Assembly: GCA_965657355.1 (NCBI GenBank)
Contig: CBFHOE010000002.1
Span: forward strand, 32,001-96,000
Direction of reading: 5' to 3'
Origin: Limisphaerales bacterium
GTDB lineage: Bacteria; Verrucomicrobiota; Verrucomicrobiia; Limisphaerales; JAJOIW01
Length of the DNA: 64,000 bases
Shown here: positions 40,208 through 52,909 of the stretch, piece after piece
Layout: each line of letters starts with the position of its first letter
How positions within the stretch are numbered: the first letter of the stretch is position 1
The notes under the pieces: model-generated
What the model was told of the DNA's origin: nothing
What the model saw: only the letters and a program-made list of their open reading frames with translations
Databases searched by the model: none
Made by a program: the position numbers and the translations under genes

Positions 40208-41692
40208 TTATTCCTTCTGGAGTGTCCCAGGCAAAGGAACGAGCTGATAGCCTTCTTTGCCATCCATTATATGCCACCCCAAATTTTTAAGTTCATCTCG
40301 TAAGGCGTCCGACAACTCCCAATTCTTTTTGGCTCTATGCTCACATCGCTTGTCTGCAATCTCTTTGATGTGCGCGGGGGCATCGTATTTCTCAGGCTCA
40401 GGCAAGGCGATACCCAATGCCCCGAGAATATGAGCTAGCTCGCGCGCTACACTGGGCAAATCAACACCCGAATTCGATTCCGCAACCATTTGTTTTTCAA
40501 TTTGTTTAATAGTTGAAAAAACAAGTCCCAAAGCTTTTGGCGTATTCAGGTCGTCGAGAAGAGCGTCCCAAGCGTTACCGAAATATTTCCATTCTCCTTT
40601 TTCTATTTTTTTCTTAAGTATCGATTTGAATTGTGAAGGGATAGATTGGTTTGCAACGACCTTAAGTATTTGAGCAAATCTAGAGAGTTTATTCAGGGCC
40701 TGCTTGGCGGCAGTCAGAGATTCCAGAGTAAAATTGAGCTGTTGTCTGTAATGACCAGAAACAAGAACATATCTCAATTCATTAGCGGTATGCCCCTTTT
40801 CCTCAATATTGTCGACGGTGTATAAATTACCAAGGCTTTTAGACATCTTGCCACCATCTACCATGAGGTGCTCAATGTGAAACCAATGGTCAGCAAATGT
40901 CGCACAATGACAGGACTCACTCTGGGCTATTTCATTTTCATGGTGTGGAAAAATAAGGTCTACTCCACCAGAGTGCAAATCGAAGGTTTTCCCAAGGTAT
41001 TTAACACTCATAGCAGAACATTCGGTATGCCAGCCCGGTCTACCCTGCCCCCATGGACTTTCCCAAAAATTCTCTCCATCTTCTGGTTTCCGGCCTTTCC
41101 AAAGTGCAAAATCAACGAGACTTTCTTTTGGCTGATATTCGTCCGAGTCCGCTCGCTCCATCTGCTGGGTTTTTATTTCACGTTCTTTGAGTCGCGACAA
41201 TTCTCCGTATTTTTTCCATGATTTGACATCATAGTACACTGAGCCATCTTCGGTCGCATAGGCGTGTCCTTTTTTGACAAGTTCTTGGATAAGATTTATC
41301 TGTTCTGGTATATGAGAAACAGCCCCTGGTTCTAAATGTGGCCTGAGACATCCCAGTTTTTCTGAATCAACAGTGAGTTTTTCGTACCAGAAAGTTGTAA
41401 ATTCTTTTAAAGACTTCCCTGCCTTTTGAGAATCTCTGATCGTCTTGTCATCGACGTCTGTGATGTTTCGCACATGCTTTGTTCGCCAACCAGTTAATTC
41501 GACCGTGCGCCTCATGACATCTTGCATCAGGAAGGAACGGAAGTTTCCAATGTGCGCCGGGCCATAAACTGTTGGACCACAACAATAAAAGCGAAACACA
41601 TTTTGGTCACTAGCTTTAACAACTTTAACCGATCTCGACATGGTGTCGTATAGTTCGAGTTCGGAACGAATTTGATCTTTGTTTTCGGGCAT
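40208..41692 (-). CDS. cysS: Cysteine--tRNA ligase
   Basis: [49 protein letters not shown]. Confidence 0.98.
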   Translation of the reverse strand: MPENKDQIRSELELYDTMSRSVKVVKASDQNVFRFYCCGPTVYGPAHIGNFRSFLMQDVMRRTVELTGWRTKHVRNITDVDDKTIRDSQKAGKSLKEFTTFWYEKLTVDSEKLGCLRPHLEPGAVSHIPEQINLIQELVKKGHAYATEDGSVYYDVKSWKKYGELSRLKEREIKTQQMERADSDEYQPKESLVDFALWKGRKPEDGENFWESPWGQGRPGWHTECSAMSVKYLGKTFDLHSGGVDLIFPHHENEIAQSESCHCATFADHWFHIEHLMVDGGKMSKSLGNLYTVDNIEEKGHTANELRYVLVSGHYRQQLNFTLESLTAAKQALNKLSRFAQILKVVANQSIPSQFKSILKKKIEKGEWKYFGNAWDALLDDLNTPKALGLVFSTIKQIEKQMVAESNSGVDLPSVARELAHILGALGIALPEPEKYDAPAHIKEIADKRCEHRAKKNWELSDALRDELKNLGWHIMDGKEGYQLVPLPGTLQKE

Positions 41693-41816
41693 TTCGACAG
41701 CTCTCTACCTCTGCCAGGGTCTGAATACTCAATCCTGACCAATAAGTTATTGATTAATGAAAAAACTTAATTTTGAGCGGGTATAACTTTTAGTAAAGTA
41801 ACTTTAGGCTGAAAAT

Positions 41817-42578
41817 TTATTCAGAATTTTTAATGTGTTTTATGGCACTTTTTGCGAAGAGTTCTCCAAGCTCTGTGTATCCTTCTTTTGTGTAATGAAG
41901 GTCGTTCATCTCACCATTTAAGTCATCCGTATCAATCCAGGAAACATTTTCATACTTTTTTGCGAATTCAACTTGTGCCTTTCTCACCTTGGTCCAGTGA
42001 GGATACCTTTCATTTTTCATATCAAAGTCGCTTAGCCGACCGACAATGACGTTGACGACTTGACTTTTTGTATCGATAGCAATTTGATCGACCAGCTTTT
42101 TTAGACTTTGACCATAGACTTCACCATGCTTTTCTCTAGCATCTCTCTCTCCTTGCATCCAGACGAGAGACACAGATTTCAAGGATTTATTACCTACGGA
42201 CTTTTTCACTTTTTTCATTAGGCGTTCATATAAATCGCCTGTCTGGGGGTAATTTTCGCCTTTGGCGTCCGTCCAATTGGGAATCCAACGCCTAATGGGT
42301 TGCCCTCCCAGGGCATCTTTCACGACGAGAATCTCATCTTTTCCAAAGGCATGCACAACGGCAGGAGTGAAACTTAAGTCAGGATTCAACCCGGCCATAT
42401 TGGACTGACCAGATAAAATGAACAAATGACATGATCGCCCATGAACATTTTCGTCTCCCCGGATATTACGGTCACTAGCCCCAAAAAAGACTAATAGCCA
42501 AGTTACCAACACGCTTAAGAATCGGCCACGACTTGTTGACATGGCGGGAATAATAACAAATTTGGCCAATATAGCCAC
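41817..42578 (-). CDS. Secreted SGNH esterase (sialate O-acetylesterase/acetyl xylan esterase-like)
   Basis: GQSNM, WMQGERDA, DLHY. Alternative ATG at 42542. Confidence 0.88.
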   Translation of the reverse strand: MAILAKFVIIPAMSTSRGRFLSVLVTWLLVFFGASDRNIRGDENVHGRSCHLFILSGQSNMAGLNPDLSFTPAVVHAFGKDEILVVKDALGGQPIRRWIPNWTDAKGENYPQTGDLYERLMKKVKKSVGNKSLKSVSLVWMQGERDAREKHGEVYGQSLKKLVDQIAIDTKSQVVNVIVGRLSDFDMKNERYPHWTKVRKAQVEFAKKYENVSWIDTDDLNGEMNDLHYTKEGYTELGELFAKSAIKHIKNSE

Positions 42579-42742
42579 TCCTGACTTAAAATAATTCGAA
42601 TGTTTGGTGATTACCCGCTTGAAAGGATCGTGTGGTAGATTAACCTCTTGGTCGTATAATTTATTTTGGCCGAAAGAAAATGGGTCAGCTAAAATAATTG
42701 AACAAATTCGGGACTGTATTGTCCTAGGTTTTAGATTCGAAA

Positions 42743-43735
42743 ATGAGTAACGATATCACATCGATAAATGAAGAAGTCGCGCGAGTAAGCGCATTTATGC
42801 ATCCCCTTTTTTCAGAAATGGAAAAAGTGATTGTCGGGCAAAGGTATTTGATTGAGAGGTTGGTCATTGGGTTGTTGTCTGATGGGCATGTTCTTCTGGA
42901 GGGGGTTCCGGGTTTGGCAAAAACTCTTTCCGTTAGGACATTGGCTGAGGCCTTGAATGTGAAATTTTCAAGAATCCAGTTCACTCCCGACATGTTGCCA
43001 GCGGACGTTGTAGGAACGCAGATTTTCAATCCACAATCCGGTGAATTCACAACCAGAACAGGTCCAGTGTTTTCCAACCTCTTACTGGCAGATGAAATAA
43101 ATAGAGCTCCAGCCAAAGTTCAATCAGCACTTCTTGAGGCCATGCAGGAAAAACAAGTCACCATTGGAGATTCGACCTATCAATTGGAACAACCATTCCT
43201 CGTACTTGCCACTCAAAACCCAATTGACCAAGAGGGTACCTACCCTTTGCCTGAAGCTCAGGTGGATAGATTCATGTTGAAATTAAAAATTGACTATCCA
43301 TCGAGGCCCGAGGAACGAAAAATTCTGGAGCTGATGGGAAACACAAACAAGCGACCAGGGGTGGGTGAAATCATTTCAGCGCAACAAATCCTCGATGCAC
43401 GAGATGTAGTCAACCAAATATACATGGATGACAAGGTTAAAGACTATATAGTGGACATTGTGTGTGCGACAAGAAATGCATCTCAATACAACATACAAGG
43501 CATTGATGATATGATTCAGATGGGAGCCTCCCCTCGAGCAACTATTTCGTTGGCACTAGCTTCAAAAGCTCACGCATTCATCAATGGAAGAGGTTTTGTC
43601 ACTCCACAAGATGTGAAGACAATAGGCATGGATGTATTGAGGCACAGGGTCATGATTACCTATGAAGCTGAAGCTGAAGAAAAGCAAAGTGAGGACATCA
43701 TTAAGTCGATATTTGATCAACTGCCTGTGCCGTAA
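42743..43735 (+). CDS. moxR: MoxR family AAA+ ATPase
   Basis: LEGVPGLAKT, RIQFTPD, LADEINRAPAKVQSALLEAM, ATQNPI, YPLPEAQVDRF. Confidence 0.96.
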   Translation: MSNDITSINEEVARVSAFMHPLFSEMEKVIVGQRYLIERLVIGLLSDGHVLLEGVPGLAKTLSVRTLAEALNVKFSRIQFTPDMLPADVVGTQIFNPQSGEFTTRTGPVFSNLLLADEINRAPAKVQSALLEAMQEKQVTIGDSTYQLEQPFLVLATQNPIDQEGTYPLPEAQVDRFMLKLKIDYPSRPEERKILELMGNTNKRPGVGEIISAQQILDARDVVNQIYMDDKVKDYIVDIVCATRNASQYNIQGIDDMIQMGASPRATISLALASKAHAFINGRGFVTPQDVKTIGMDVLRHRVMITYEAEAEEKQSEDIIKSIFDQLPVP

Positions 43736-43773
43736 ATCTCAAGACTTCTGCGATATTTTTTCAATCCTTCAAA

Positions 43774-44730
43774 ATGATACCAGCTGAAATTCTCAAAAAA
43801 ATTCGGCAAATCGAATTAAAAACAAAAAGGTTGGTCAGTGAAAAACTCGCTGGTCAATACCAAAGTGTTTTTAAAGGTCAAGGTATGGACTTCGATGAAG
43901 TGAGGGAGTATCAGCCAGGTGATGAAGTTCGTGCGATCGATTGGAATGTGACGGCAAGGATGAATCACCCTTTTGTTAAAAAATTCAAAGAGGAACGCGA
44001 ACTAACGGTTCTTCTTGTTGTTGACGTTTCTGGTTCGGGTTTATTTGGGTCCGGGAAACAAAGTAAAAGAGATTTGGCCGCAGAGATTGCCTCTGTTCTG
44101 GCATTTTCAGCAATTAGAAATAATGACAAAGTGGGCCTTATTTTATTCTCCGAGGGAATAGAAAAATTCATTCCACCAAGAAAAGGAAGAGCCCACGTTC
44201 TGAGAGTCATAAGAGAGATATTATTCTTCGAACCCCAAAAAAGAGGTACGGATTTGAATACGACAATAGACTTCATAATGAAAGTCATAAGACATAAATC
44301 AATTGTCGTTGTTGTATCAGACTTTATGGGGCAGACCGCACCTAGCAGAAAGGATGTTTTATCCTACTTAAAGCGGAAAGTCGTTTTGTCAGAAAATCTT
44401 GGGCAAGCTTCATTTTTCAATTTAAGGCAGATTAATAGGCGCCACGACCTTATCGCGATTCAAATAATTGATAAGTATGAATTGGATTTACCGAAAGTCG
44501 GCAAAGTAGTCTTAAGGGATGCGGAGACTGATGAAGTTTTAGAAGTTGACACCGGCGATAAATTGAAAAGAGTTGGATTCAGGGACAGACAGCAAAGGTC
44601 TCAATCTGAGCTTGTCCGATTATTTCGCTCAGCAAATATAGATACTATCCCCCTCAAAACCGGCGAGGACTACTCCATCGCACTGGCACATTTTTTTGAG
44701 ACTCGAGAAAAACGTCAGAGCCATAGATAG
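43774..44730 (+). CDS. DUF58 family VWA-like protein
   Basis: FDEVREYQPGDEVRAIDWNVTAR, EEREL, VDVSGS, VSDF. Confidence 0.94.
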   Translation: MIPAEILKKIRQIELKTKRLVSEKLAGQYQSVFKGQGMDFDEVREYQPGDEVRAIDWNVTARMNHPFVKKFKEERELTVLLVVDVSGSGLFGSGKQSKRDLAAEIASVLAFSAIRNNDKVGLILFSEGIEKFIPPRKGRAHVLRVIREILFFEPQKRGTDLNTTIDFIMKVIRHKSIVVVVSDFMGQTAPSRKDVLSYLKRKVVLSENLGQASFFNLRQINRRHDLIAIQIIDKYELDLPKVGKVVLRDAETDEVLEVDTGDKLKRVGFRDRQQRSQSELVRLFRSANIDTIPLKTGEDYSIALAHFFETREKRQSHR

Positions 44731-44735
44731 TAAGA

Positions 44736-45332
44736 ATGGACGAAACTAACCAGCTGAACAAAATATCGATGGATCAGGCTTCTGGATTAAAATTTACAGA
44801 AGAGGTAAATTTCATAGACATTCCCGATCCTTATGGATGGGTTTGGCCAACCGTAATTTCGCTCATGGCTCTGCTTATCATGACGGTTGGATATTTTTGG
44901 TGGTTAAAGGTCTTAAAAGCCCGCACGAAAAACGACCAGGTCTACATCTCTGCATATGAAAAAGCTATGCTGCGATTACAAAAGGCAATGTCGCTTGAAT
45001 CAGCACCTCGTGCTTTTGTCTCAGAAGTAAGTAACACAATAAGATCGTATCTTGAAGAACAATTCTCAATTTCAGCACCAGAGCAAACAACTGAGGAATT
45101 CCTGAAATTTATTAAGAATGACAAGACACTCCACCCCAAACATAAAGTTGTATTAGATGAGTTTTTGAAAACAGCTGACCTTGTTAAATTTGCAAAGCTG
45201 GAACCTGGGAAAACCGAATTGCTAAAATTATTTGATACAGCTAAAAACTTTGTAGATCAAACTGGGATTAGTGAAGAAAAAACCACATTAGATTCTGAAA
45301 AAACAGAAGTAACCGAAGGAGGGACTAGGTGA
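44736..45332 (+). CDS. DUF4381-like single-TM protein of the Bat operon
   Basis: One TM segment, IRSYLE, APEQTTEEFL, ADLVKFAK; position between DUF58 and batA. Confidence 0.8.
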   Translation: MDETNQLNKISMDQASGLKFTEEVNFIDIPDPYGWVWPTVISLMALLIMTVGYFWWLKVLKARTKNDQVYISAYEKAMLRLQKAMSLESAPRAFVSEVSNTIRSYLEEQFSISAPEQTTEEFLKFIKNDKTLHPKHKVVLDEFLKTADLVKFAKLEPGKTELLKLFDTAKNFVDQTGISEEKTTLDSEKTEVTEGGTR

Positions 45333-46320
45333 AATTTGCCAATCCATGGATGCTTCTATTGATCTTATTAATCCCATTAATCGCCCTCTTACGAGGCAAG
45401 TCAGGGCAGAAAGCAGCATTCTTATATTCCTCAGTTTCCATCCTCAAAGGAATAACTAATGTGTCGAGATCCCGAAGGGGTGAATTCATTAATTTTTTAA
45501 GATGGTTAGCCATACTCATGTTTATTTTAGGATTAGCGCGACCTCGAATTCCTGAAGGACAGACTAAATTTACTGCCAGTGGGGTGGACATAATGATAGC
45601 ACTGGACTTGTCGAACAGCATGCTAGCAGAAGATTTTTATTTAAATAACAAAAGAGTTAATCGCCTCGAAATTGCCAAAGACGTATTAAAGAAATTTATA
45701 AAGAAAAGACCCAATGACAGATTGGGGATGGTAGTATTTGCAAGGCACGCATACCTCGCTGTGCCTATGACTTTAAACCACGAATTTCTTCTCCAAAATT
45801 TAGACAGATTAGATATAGGTGTTATTGAAAATGACACAGCCATTGGAGATGGTTTAGCCACAAGCATAAATAGACTCAAAGATCTGGAAGCAAAATCAAG
45901 AATAGTGATTTTGATTACCGATGGCGATGAAACGGTTAATGAGATTCCACCGCTGACCTCTGCAGAAATTGCTGAATCATTTGGTGTTAAAGTATATACA
46001 ATAGGGGTCGGGACAAGAGGAAAAGCCCCTTTCCCGCAAAGAAGCCCATTTGGGGGTATAAGCTACGTTCCGATGGATGTTTCAATTGATGAAGACTTAT
46101 TACAAAAAATAGCATTAAAAACCGGTGGAAAGTATTACAGGGCGGATAACACCGAAAAATTTATCGAGATATATAATGAAATTGATGCTCTCGAAAAATC
46201 AGAAAGTGAAGTTAAATTATATTCTCAATATCAGGAGCTTTTCTTTTATTTTGTCGCATGCGGCTTAGTTTTTCTATCCTTGGAAATCATCCTAACGCAC
46301 ACAGTATTTAGAACAATACC

Positions 46321-46324
<4 letters not shown>
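45329..46324 (+). CDS. batA: BatA-like VWA membrane protein
   Basis: FANPW, LARP, MIDAS DLSNS, TAIGDG, ITDG, YTIGVG, TGGKYYRA. Confidence 0.9.
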
Positions 46325-48261
<1,937 letters not shown>

Positions 48262-48297
48262 TCTCAAGATGAGCTGTGAATTTATAGAGGATAAAAA

Positions 48298-50079
48298 ATG
48301 AAAGTAATCACAAATTTTAAATTACCACAATTGCTTATAGCTTTCTCCCTAATTATCTTGCTAACCGGGATTTCCAATGGACAGGAAGTCAAGGCGTCCT
48401 TGACACCCAATTACTTGGAAATTGGGCAAGCTGGAACATTTACATTAACTTTTATTAATACCGGACAGATACAATTTAATTCATTTAAATTCCCCTCATT
48501 TCAAGGATTTAGGATACCCCTACAAAACCAGAGAACCGAAAGAAGAATAACCAACAACGAGGTAACCATTAAGATTTCATTTCAGGTAATTCCTATGCGG
48601 CCTGGAAACTGGGAGATTCCATCGTTTACTTTTTCCTTGGGGCAAGAAAAGCTGGTTTCAAATAATATCAAGTTCAAAATTTATCCTAAGGGGAAATCTC
48701 CAGCAGGAAAATTACCTACTAATAAGATAGCTTTCATCAAAATCATCCCAGCGAAAAGTCGAGTATTCATTGGTGAGAGCTTCCCTGTTAAAGTCAATTT
48801 ATACTACGATCAACGCTGTCTAGAAAAAGAATGGCCAGCTTTAGAGACTGAAGGGTTTAATCTTGAATACAAACAGTTAGGAGATTCATACCAAATAAAT
48901 ATTGGAAACCGACGGTTTGGAGTAACGGAGACAACGCGCATTGCAACAGCACTAAAAACAGGGGAGTTACAACTTGGGCCAGCGACGAGCGATGTGCAAG
49001 TTCCTGTTGGCAACTCGCAAGGATTTGGATTGTTTTCACGAAGGGTAACTGAAAATTTCAAAGCTGAAGGAGAACCCATTAAAATAAATAGTGTTGAGCT
49101 CCCATCTACAGGAAGGCCAGATAATTTTAATGGATTAGTCGGAACTGAATATGTCATGACGTATTCGGCAAGTCCCAAAACCGTCAAAGTCGGTGATCCA
49201 ATCACAGTAAAAATTGAGATCGGAGGAAGAGGGAATATTTCAAGTATACAACTCCCGAGAGAACTTAGCTGGAGTGATTTTAAAACTTATGAGCCCAAAT
49301 CTGATTCCATGATCGCCAATAAGGTTAAGATGGAAGGCAGGAAAAATTTTGAAATGGTAGTCATACCGAAAACAACAGAGGTGACCTCATTGCCAGATTT
49401 AAATATAAGTTATTTTGATCCAGACAAAATCAAATATGTGACGATGAGTAAGCCTGGACCTAAAATCTTAGTTTCGGCGGGGACATACAATGCAAATGCT
49501 GAGAGCTATCAATCAACGACCAGTCTAGAAGGAGAAGAAAAAAATAATGAATCAGGATCCTCATTGGCTCATATAGAATATAAGCAATCAGATATCTCGA
49601 TTGGAACAGTTTTAAATCCTACCGGCTCGTGGCTTTGGCTCTTACCTGGAACCAGTTTTATATTTATGCTGATTACCATCGTAGCGCAGTGGACTCGAAA
49701 ATTTATTAATCAAAAAAGCAATTCCTCGCCGAGGCTCGCAAATAAAAACCGAGAAAAAGATATTGCAGACCTTGAAGAGCTTGCGATGAATAATGAAATT
49801 GAAAGGTTTTGTAGTCTGTTGTTTAGGATGCTCCAACAAGATATTAGCCAAATAACGGGCATTCCCTTTGAGGCTATAACTTCAGACATTATCCTAAATA
49901 GCGATTTTTTCGCGACTATGGCAAAAGAACAAAAACTCACCCTAGAAGAATTATTCACCATGTGCGATAGAGTACGTTATGGAATTCAGCCAGAGACAAT
50001 TTTATTATCAAAAGCTTTTAGTGATTATAAAAGTGTTTCAAGCGCACTACAAAGCTTAAGAAGAACTCAAAAAAAATAG
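48298..50079 (+). CDS. batD: BatD family protein
   Basis: Signal peptide, Ig-like repeats, GRPDNFNGLVG, VKVGDPIT, SYFDP, late TM segment; operon position. Confidence 0.88.
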   Translation: MKVITNFKLPQLLIAFSLIILLTGISNGQEVKASLTPNYLEIGQAGTFTLTFINTGQIQFNSFKFPSFQGFRIPLQNQRTERRITNNEVTIKISFQVIPMRPGNWEIPSFTFSLGQEKLVSNNIKFKIYPKGKSPAGKLPTNKIAFIKIIPAKSRVFIGESFPVKVNLYYDQRCLEKEWPALETEGFNLEYKQLGDSYQINIGNRRFGVTETTRIATALKTGELQLGPATSDVQVPVGNSQGFGLFSRRVTENFKAEGEPIKINSVELPSTGRPDNFNGLVGTEYVMTYSASPKTVKVGDPITVKIEIGGRGNISSIQLPRELSWSDFKTYEPKSDSMIANKVKMEGRKNFEMVVIPKTTEVTSLPDLNISYFDPDKIKYVTMSKPGPKILVSAGTYNANAESYQSTTSLEGEEKNNESGSSLAHIEYKQSDISIGTVLNPTGSWLWLLPGTSFIFMLITIVAQWTRKFINQKSNSSPRLANKNREKDIADLEELAMNNEIERFCSLLFRMLQQDISQITGIPFEAITSDIILNSDFFATMAKEQKLTLEELFTMCDRVRYGIQPETILLSKAFSDYKSVSSALQSLRRTQKK

Positions 50080-50105
50080 AGGTAGAAAGACTGCGTTAAT
50101 TTATA

Positions 50106-50906
50106 ATGAATGTTCACAATCCATATTGTTTGAGAGTTTTTTTCTTCTGCCTCGGCTCTTTTTTTATGCTTAACACACTCACCGTGTTTTCAGACGATTC
50201 CTTATTTGATGATAAATTCCAGAACGCCAATAGGCTTTATGAAAAGAAGGAATATTCGGCAGCAAAAGATCAGTATTTAGAGCTTATAAGCGAAGGGCTT
50301 TTGACACCTGAAATATTCCTAAATCTTGGAAACAGCTGGATCAAGCTGAACGACTCGGCGAATGCTCTCATTGCGTATGAAAGAGGACTCATTTTAAGCC
50401 CGAGGAATCCCATGCTAATGAATAATTTAAAATTTACACTGATAGAATTAAACCCAGAAAAAACAGACTTACCAAAGAGGTCCTTCCTGAGGTTTTTTCC
50501 ATTAAATTTCTGGGCCATTATATTCACCTGTGCTACTTCCGCATTCTGTATTACAGTCGGATTATCACAGCTACCCCACACCCCAATGAGGAATTTAGGA
50601 AAGCTGACTCCTTTGACACTTGTTTTTTGCATAATAGGAGCCGGATTATTCTTCTTTGCAAATAAAGAATGGAACAGGGATGTTGGTATCGTTTCTATGG
50701 AAAAAATCGCTGCCCGTTTTGGCCCAGTCCAGGAAGCCGAAGAATCCTTCACGGTTGAGCCTGGTGATTATCTTAGTTTGATAGATGAGCGGTCAGGATG
50801 GGTTAGAGTAGTCGATTCTAGAAATAGAAAAGGTTGGATAGAAACGGATTATTTTCATTTTATTTCACCACCAAATAAAGCGTTAAACTTCTCGAAATTA
50901 GACTGA
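50106..50906 (+). CDS. batE: BatE-like TPR + TM + SH3-like protein
   Basis: FQNANRLY, NLGNSW, YERGLILSPR, two TMs, GWVRV...GWI. Confidence 0.82.
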   Translation: MNVHNPYCLRVFFFCLGSFFMLNTLTVFSDDSLFDDKFQNANRLYEKKEYSAAKDQYLELISEGLLTPEIFLNLGNSWIKLNDSANALIAYERGLILSPRNPMLMNNLKFTLIELNPEKTDLPKRSFLRFFPLNFWAIIFTCATSAFCITVGLSQLPHTPMRNLGKLTPLTLVFCIIGAGLFFFANKEWNRDVGIVSMEKIAARFGPVQEAEESFTVEPGDYLSLIDERSGWVRVVDSRNRKGWIETDYFHFISPPNKALNFSKLD

Positions 50907-51812
50907 TTTATCAAATGCATAACAAGCGGCACCTATGGCCCCCGCGTTTTTACCTAAAATAGCCCTAGAAACTCGCACTTTTTTTTCATCAATCAGACGG
51001 GATTCTTTGATAGCTTTTATTGCTCCTTTTTGAAAAAAATCAAAGTGGTAATCTGTTACTCCACCAGCAAAGACTATTTCTTGTGGATAATAACAATGCA
51101 GGAATGTCTGTATGCCTCTTTTCCAAGCCATTTCTATTTTTGCTTTATATAAAACGACTGGCTTTTCCATAGATGTAAAGAGCTCACCGGGATCATTCAA
51201 TCCAAATTCTTTTGCTTTCCTCGAAAATGATGTACCGGAAGCCCAGGATTCCAAGGATCCAACAACATTAGAGTAACAATCATCTCCTGAATCTAATGTT
51301 GGAATTAAACCAATTTCCGGATGCTCTCTACTTGCCCCTCTATAAATTTCCCCACCTGTGACCAAACTCCCACCAATTCCAGTCCCTATGGTTAAAATGA
51401 GCATTGGGTCAGGAGAATTTTTTCTCATCTTGTATTCACCATAGGCTGTCATATCAGCATCATTTTCAAAAGTGATAGGGCGACCATATTTATCAAATAA
51501 GAACTGACTCATCGACCACCCCTCCCAACCGGGCAATGTATATGGATTATCAAATGTTCGATTATCCAAATTAAGAGGGCCTGGGGCTCCAATCCCTATG
51601 GAACAAAGCTGACTAACACTGACGCTTGATTTTTTTAATAAATTCTCGATAGCTCCAACCAGCCTCAGTTGAGCGCTCCTGACGCCATCAGAGGAATGAG
51701 TTGGCAACTCAGTAAATTGGCGCAGAGGTGGACCCTTTGTTGATATTAAGCCAATCAGTATTTTGGTACCACCAACGTCTATTCCAAGTGAAAATGAATC
51801 ACTCATTCCCAA
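50898..51812 (-). CDS. ROK family sugar kinase
   Basis: GIDVGGTK, GIGAPGP, ENDAD, TIGTGIGG, AGAIGAA. Confidence 0.9.
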   Translation of the reverse strand: MGMSDSFSLGIDVGGTKILIGLISTKGPPLRQFTELPTHSSDGVRSAQLRLVGAIENLLKKSSVSVSQLCSIGIGAPGPLNLDNRTFDNPYTLPGWEGWSMSQFLFDKYGRPITFENDADMTAYGEYKMRKNSPDPMLILTIGTGIGGSLVTGGEIYRGASREHPEIGLIPTLDSGDDCYSNVVGSLESWASGTSFSRKAKEFGLNDPGELFTSMEKPVVLYKAKIEMAWKRGIQTFLHCYYPQEIVFAGGVTDYHFDFFQKGAIKAIKESRLIDEKKVRVSRAILGKNAGAIGAACYAFDKSV

Positions 51813-51843
51813 GTCAAACTATATCCAAATGAAACACCCACGT

Positions 51844-52785
51844 TTAAAGGGCAATAAATTTAAATGCCTCTCCCCCCAGGAATTGGTCACTACTGACAGT
51901 TGGGCAAACATATTTTTCAATGTGTTCGATAATAAGGTGCGTTCCCTCGTGATGGTCGACGAAAGGGGCGCTTTGAGGATTGTACATAGTGTCAGTAAGG
52001 TCTCTAATGAGGTGAACATTCTTTTTGTTTTTGGCCATTTGGCGCAGGCCAAACGGACGACCGAGCACACACATATTGGTATGCACACCAACCAGCAGGA
52101 CATTTGAGATATCATGGTGCTCCATGATATTCCAAATTTCGACTCCATCATCGCTTATGTAATCTTTTTTTTCATCAATATGTATGGCCTTGATTTGATG
52201 TGTCCAAGGAGCCCCCGGATTTTTACCTAAATCAATGAGGTGTTGCCTAAATTTCTTTTGTTGGACCGGATCAGAGTCGCAACCTCCATCGGATTGATCA
52301 ATAGGGTAATTTTTTTCTTCTTCACCATCCGGCATCCAATGACACCATTGGCCAATATCTTTTGGGGCGGTCTCAAACGTCGGAACGCTGGAGACCCTGT
52401 GCCTCGCCGCGTGGGATTCATAATATTTCATACAGCTACTCGGGGCATGAATTATTTGACAGCCAACTTCGCGCAAATGCTTCGCAAGCTTGTCTATCCG
52501 CGGAGCTAATTGAGTAACTCTATCGACTGCGTTTTTACAATGATGCAAATCCCACATATCGCAAATAATCAATGCAGTGCGTCCAATTTCGATTTCGATA
52601 TTTTCGATTTGCTCAACGAATGCGTCGGTCGATGGTTTCTTTTTTCTTAACCTTCTTGTTAACTTAAAATGAGTCATTTCCTTTTTTTCCTCGGCATGAG
52701 AAAGAACGTTCAAATTGAAAGCACCTCCGCCAACTAGGCCAAATGCGGTAGTTTTATTGATAAAGGACCTACGAGAAGTTTTCAT
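51844..52785 (-). CDS. Tat-exported isochorismatase-like cysteine hydrolase
   Basis: SRRSFI Tat motif, ICDMWD, IHAPS, GVHTNMCVLGRPFG, RDLTDTMYNP. Confidence 0.85.
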   Translation of the reverse strand: MKTSRRSFINKTTAFGLVGGGAFNLNVLSHAEEKKEMTHFKLTRRLRKKKPSTDAFVEQIENIEIEIGRTALIICDMWDLHHCKNAVDRVTQLAPRIDKLAKHLREVGCQIIHAPSSCMKYYESHAARHRVSSVPTFETAPKDIGQWCHWMPDGEEEKNYPIDQSDGGCDSDPVQQKKFRQHLIDLGKNPGAPWTHQIKAIHIDEKKDYISDDGVEIWNIMEHHDISNVLLVGVHTNMCVLGRPFGLRQMAKNKKNVHLIRDLTDTMYNPQSAPFVDHHEGTHLIIEHIEKYVCPTVSSDQFLGGEAFKFIAL

Positions 52786-52909
52786 AATCTAGAAGTTTGG
52801 ATTTGTATAATATACTGCCCACCCGACTTAAAAATTGCAATACGGCAAATCAATACCGATTTTATTTTAGTTTCGCTCTATATTCATTCTCTATAATGTA
52901 TGAAGTCCT

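Noticed and set aside
50898..50906. 9-bp convergent overlap of batE and the ROK gene
   Set aside because: Ordinary tail-to-tail overlap in a compact genome.
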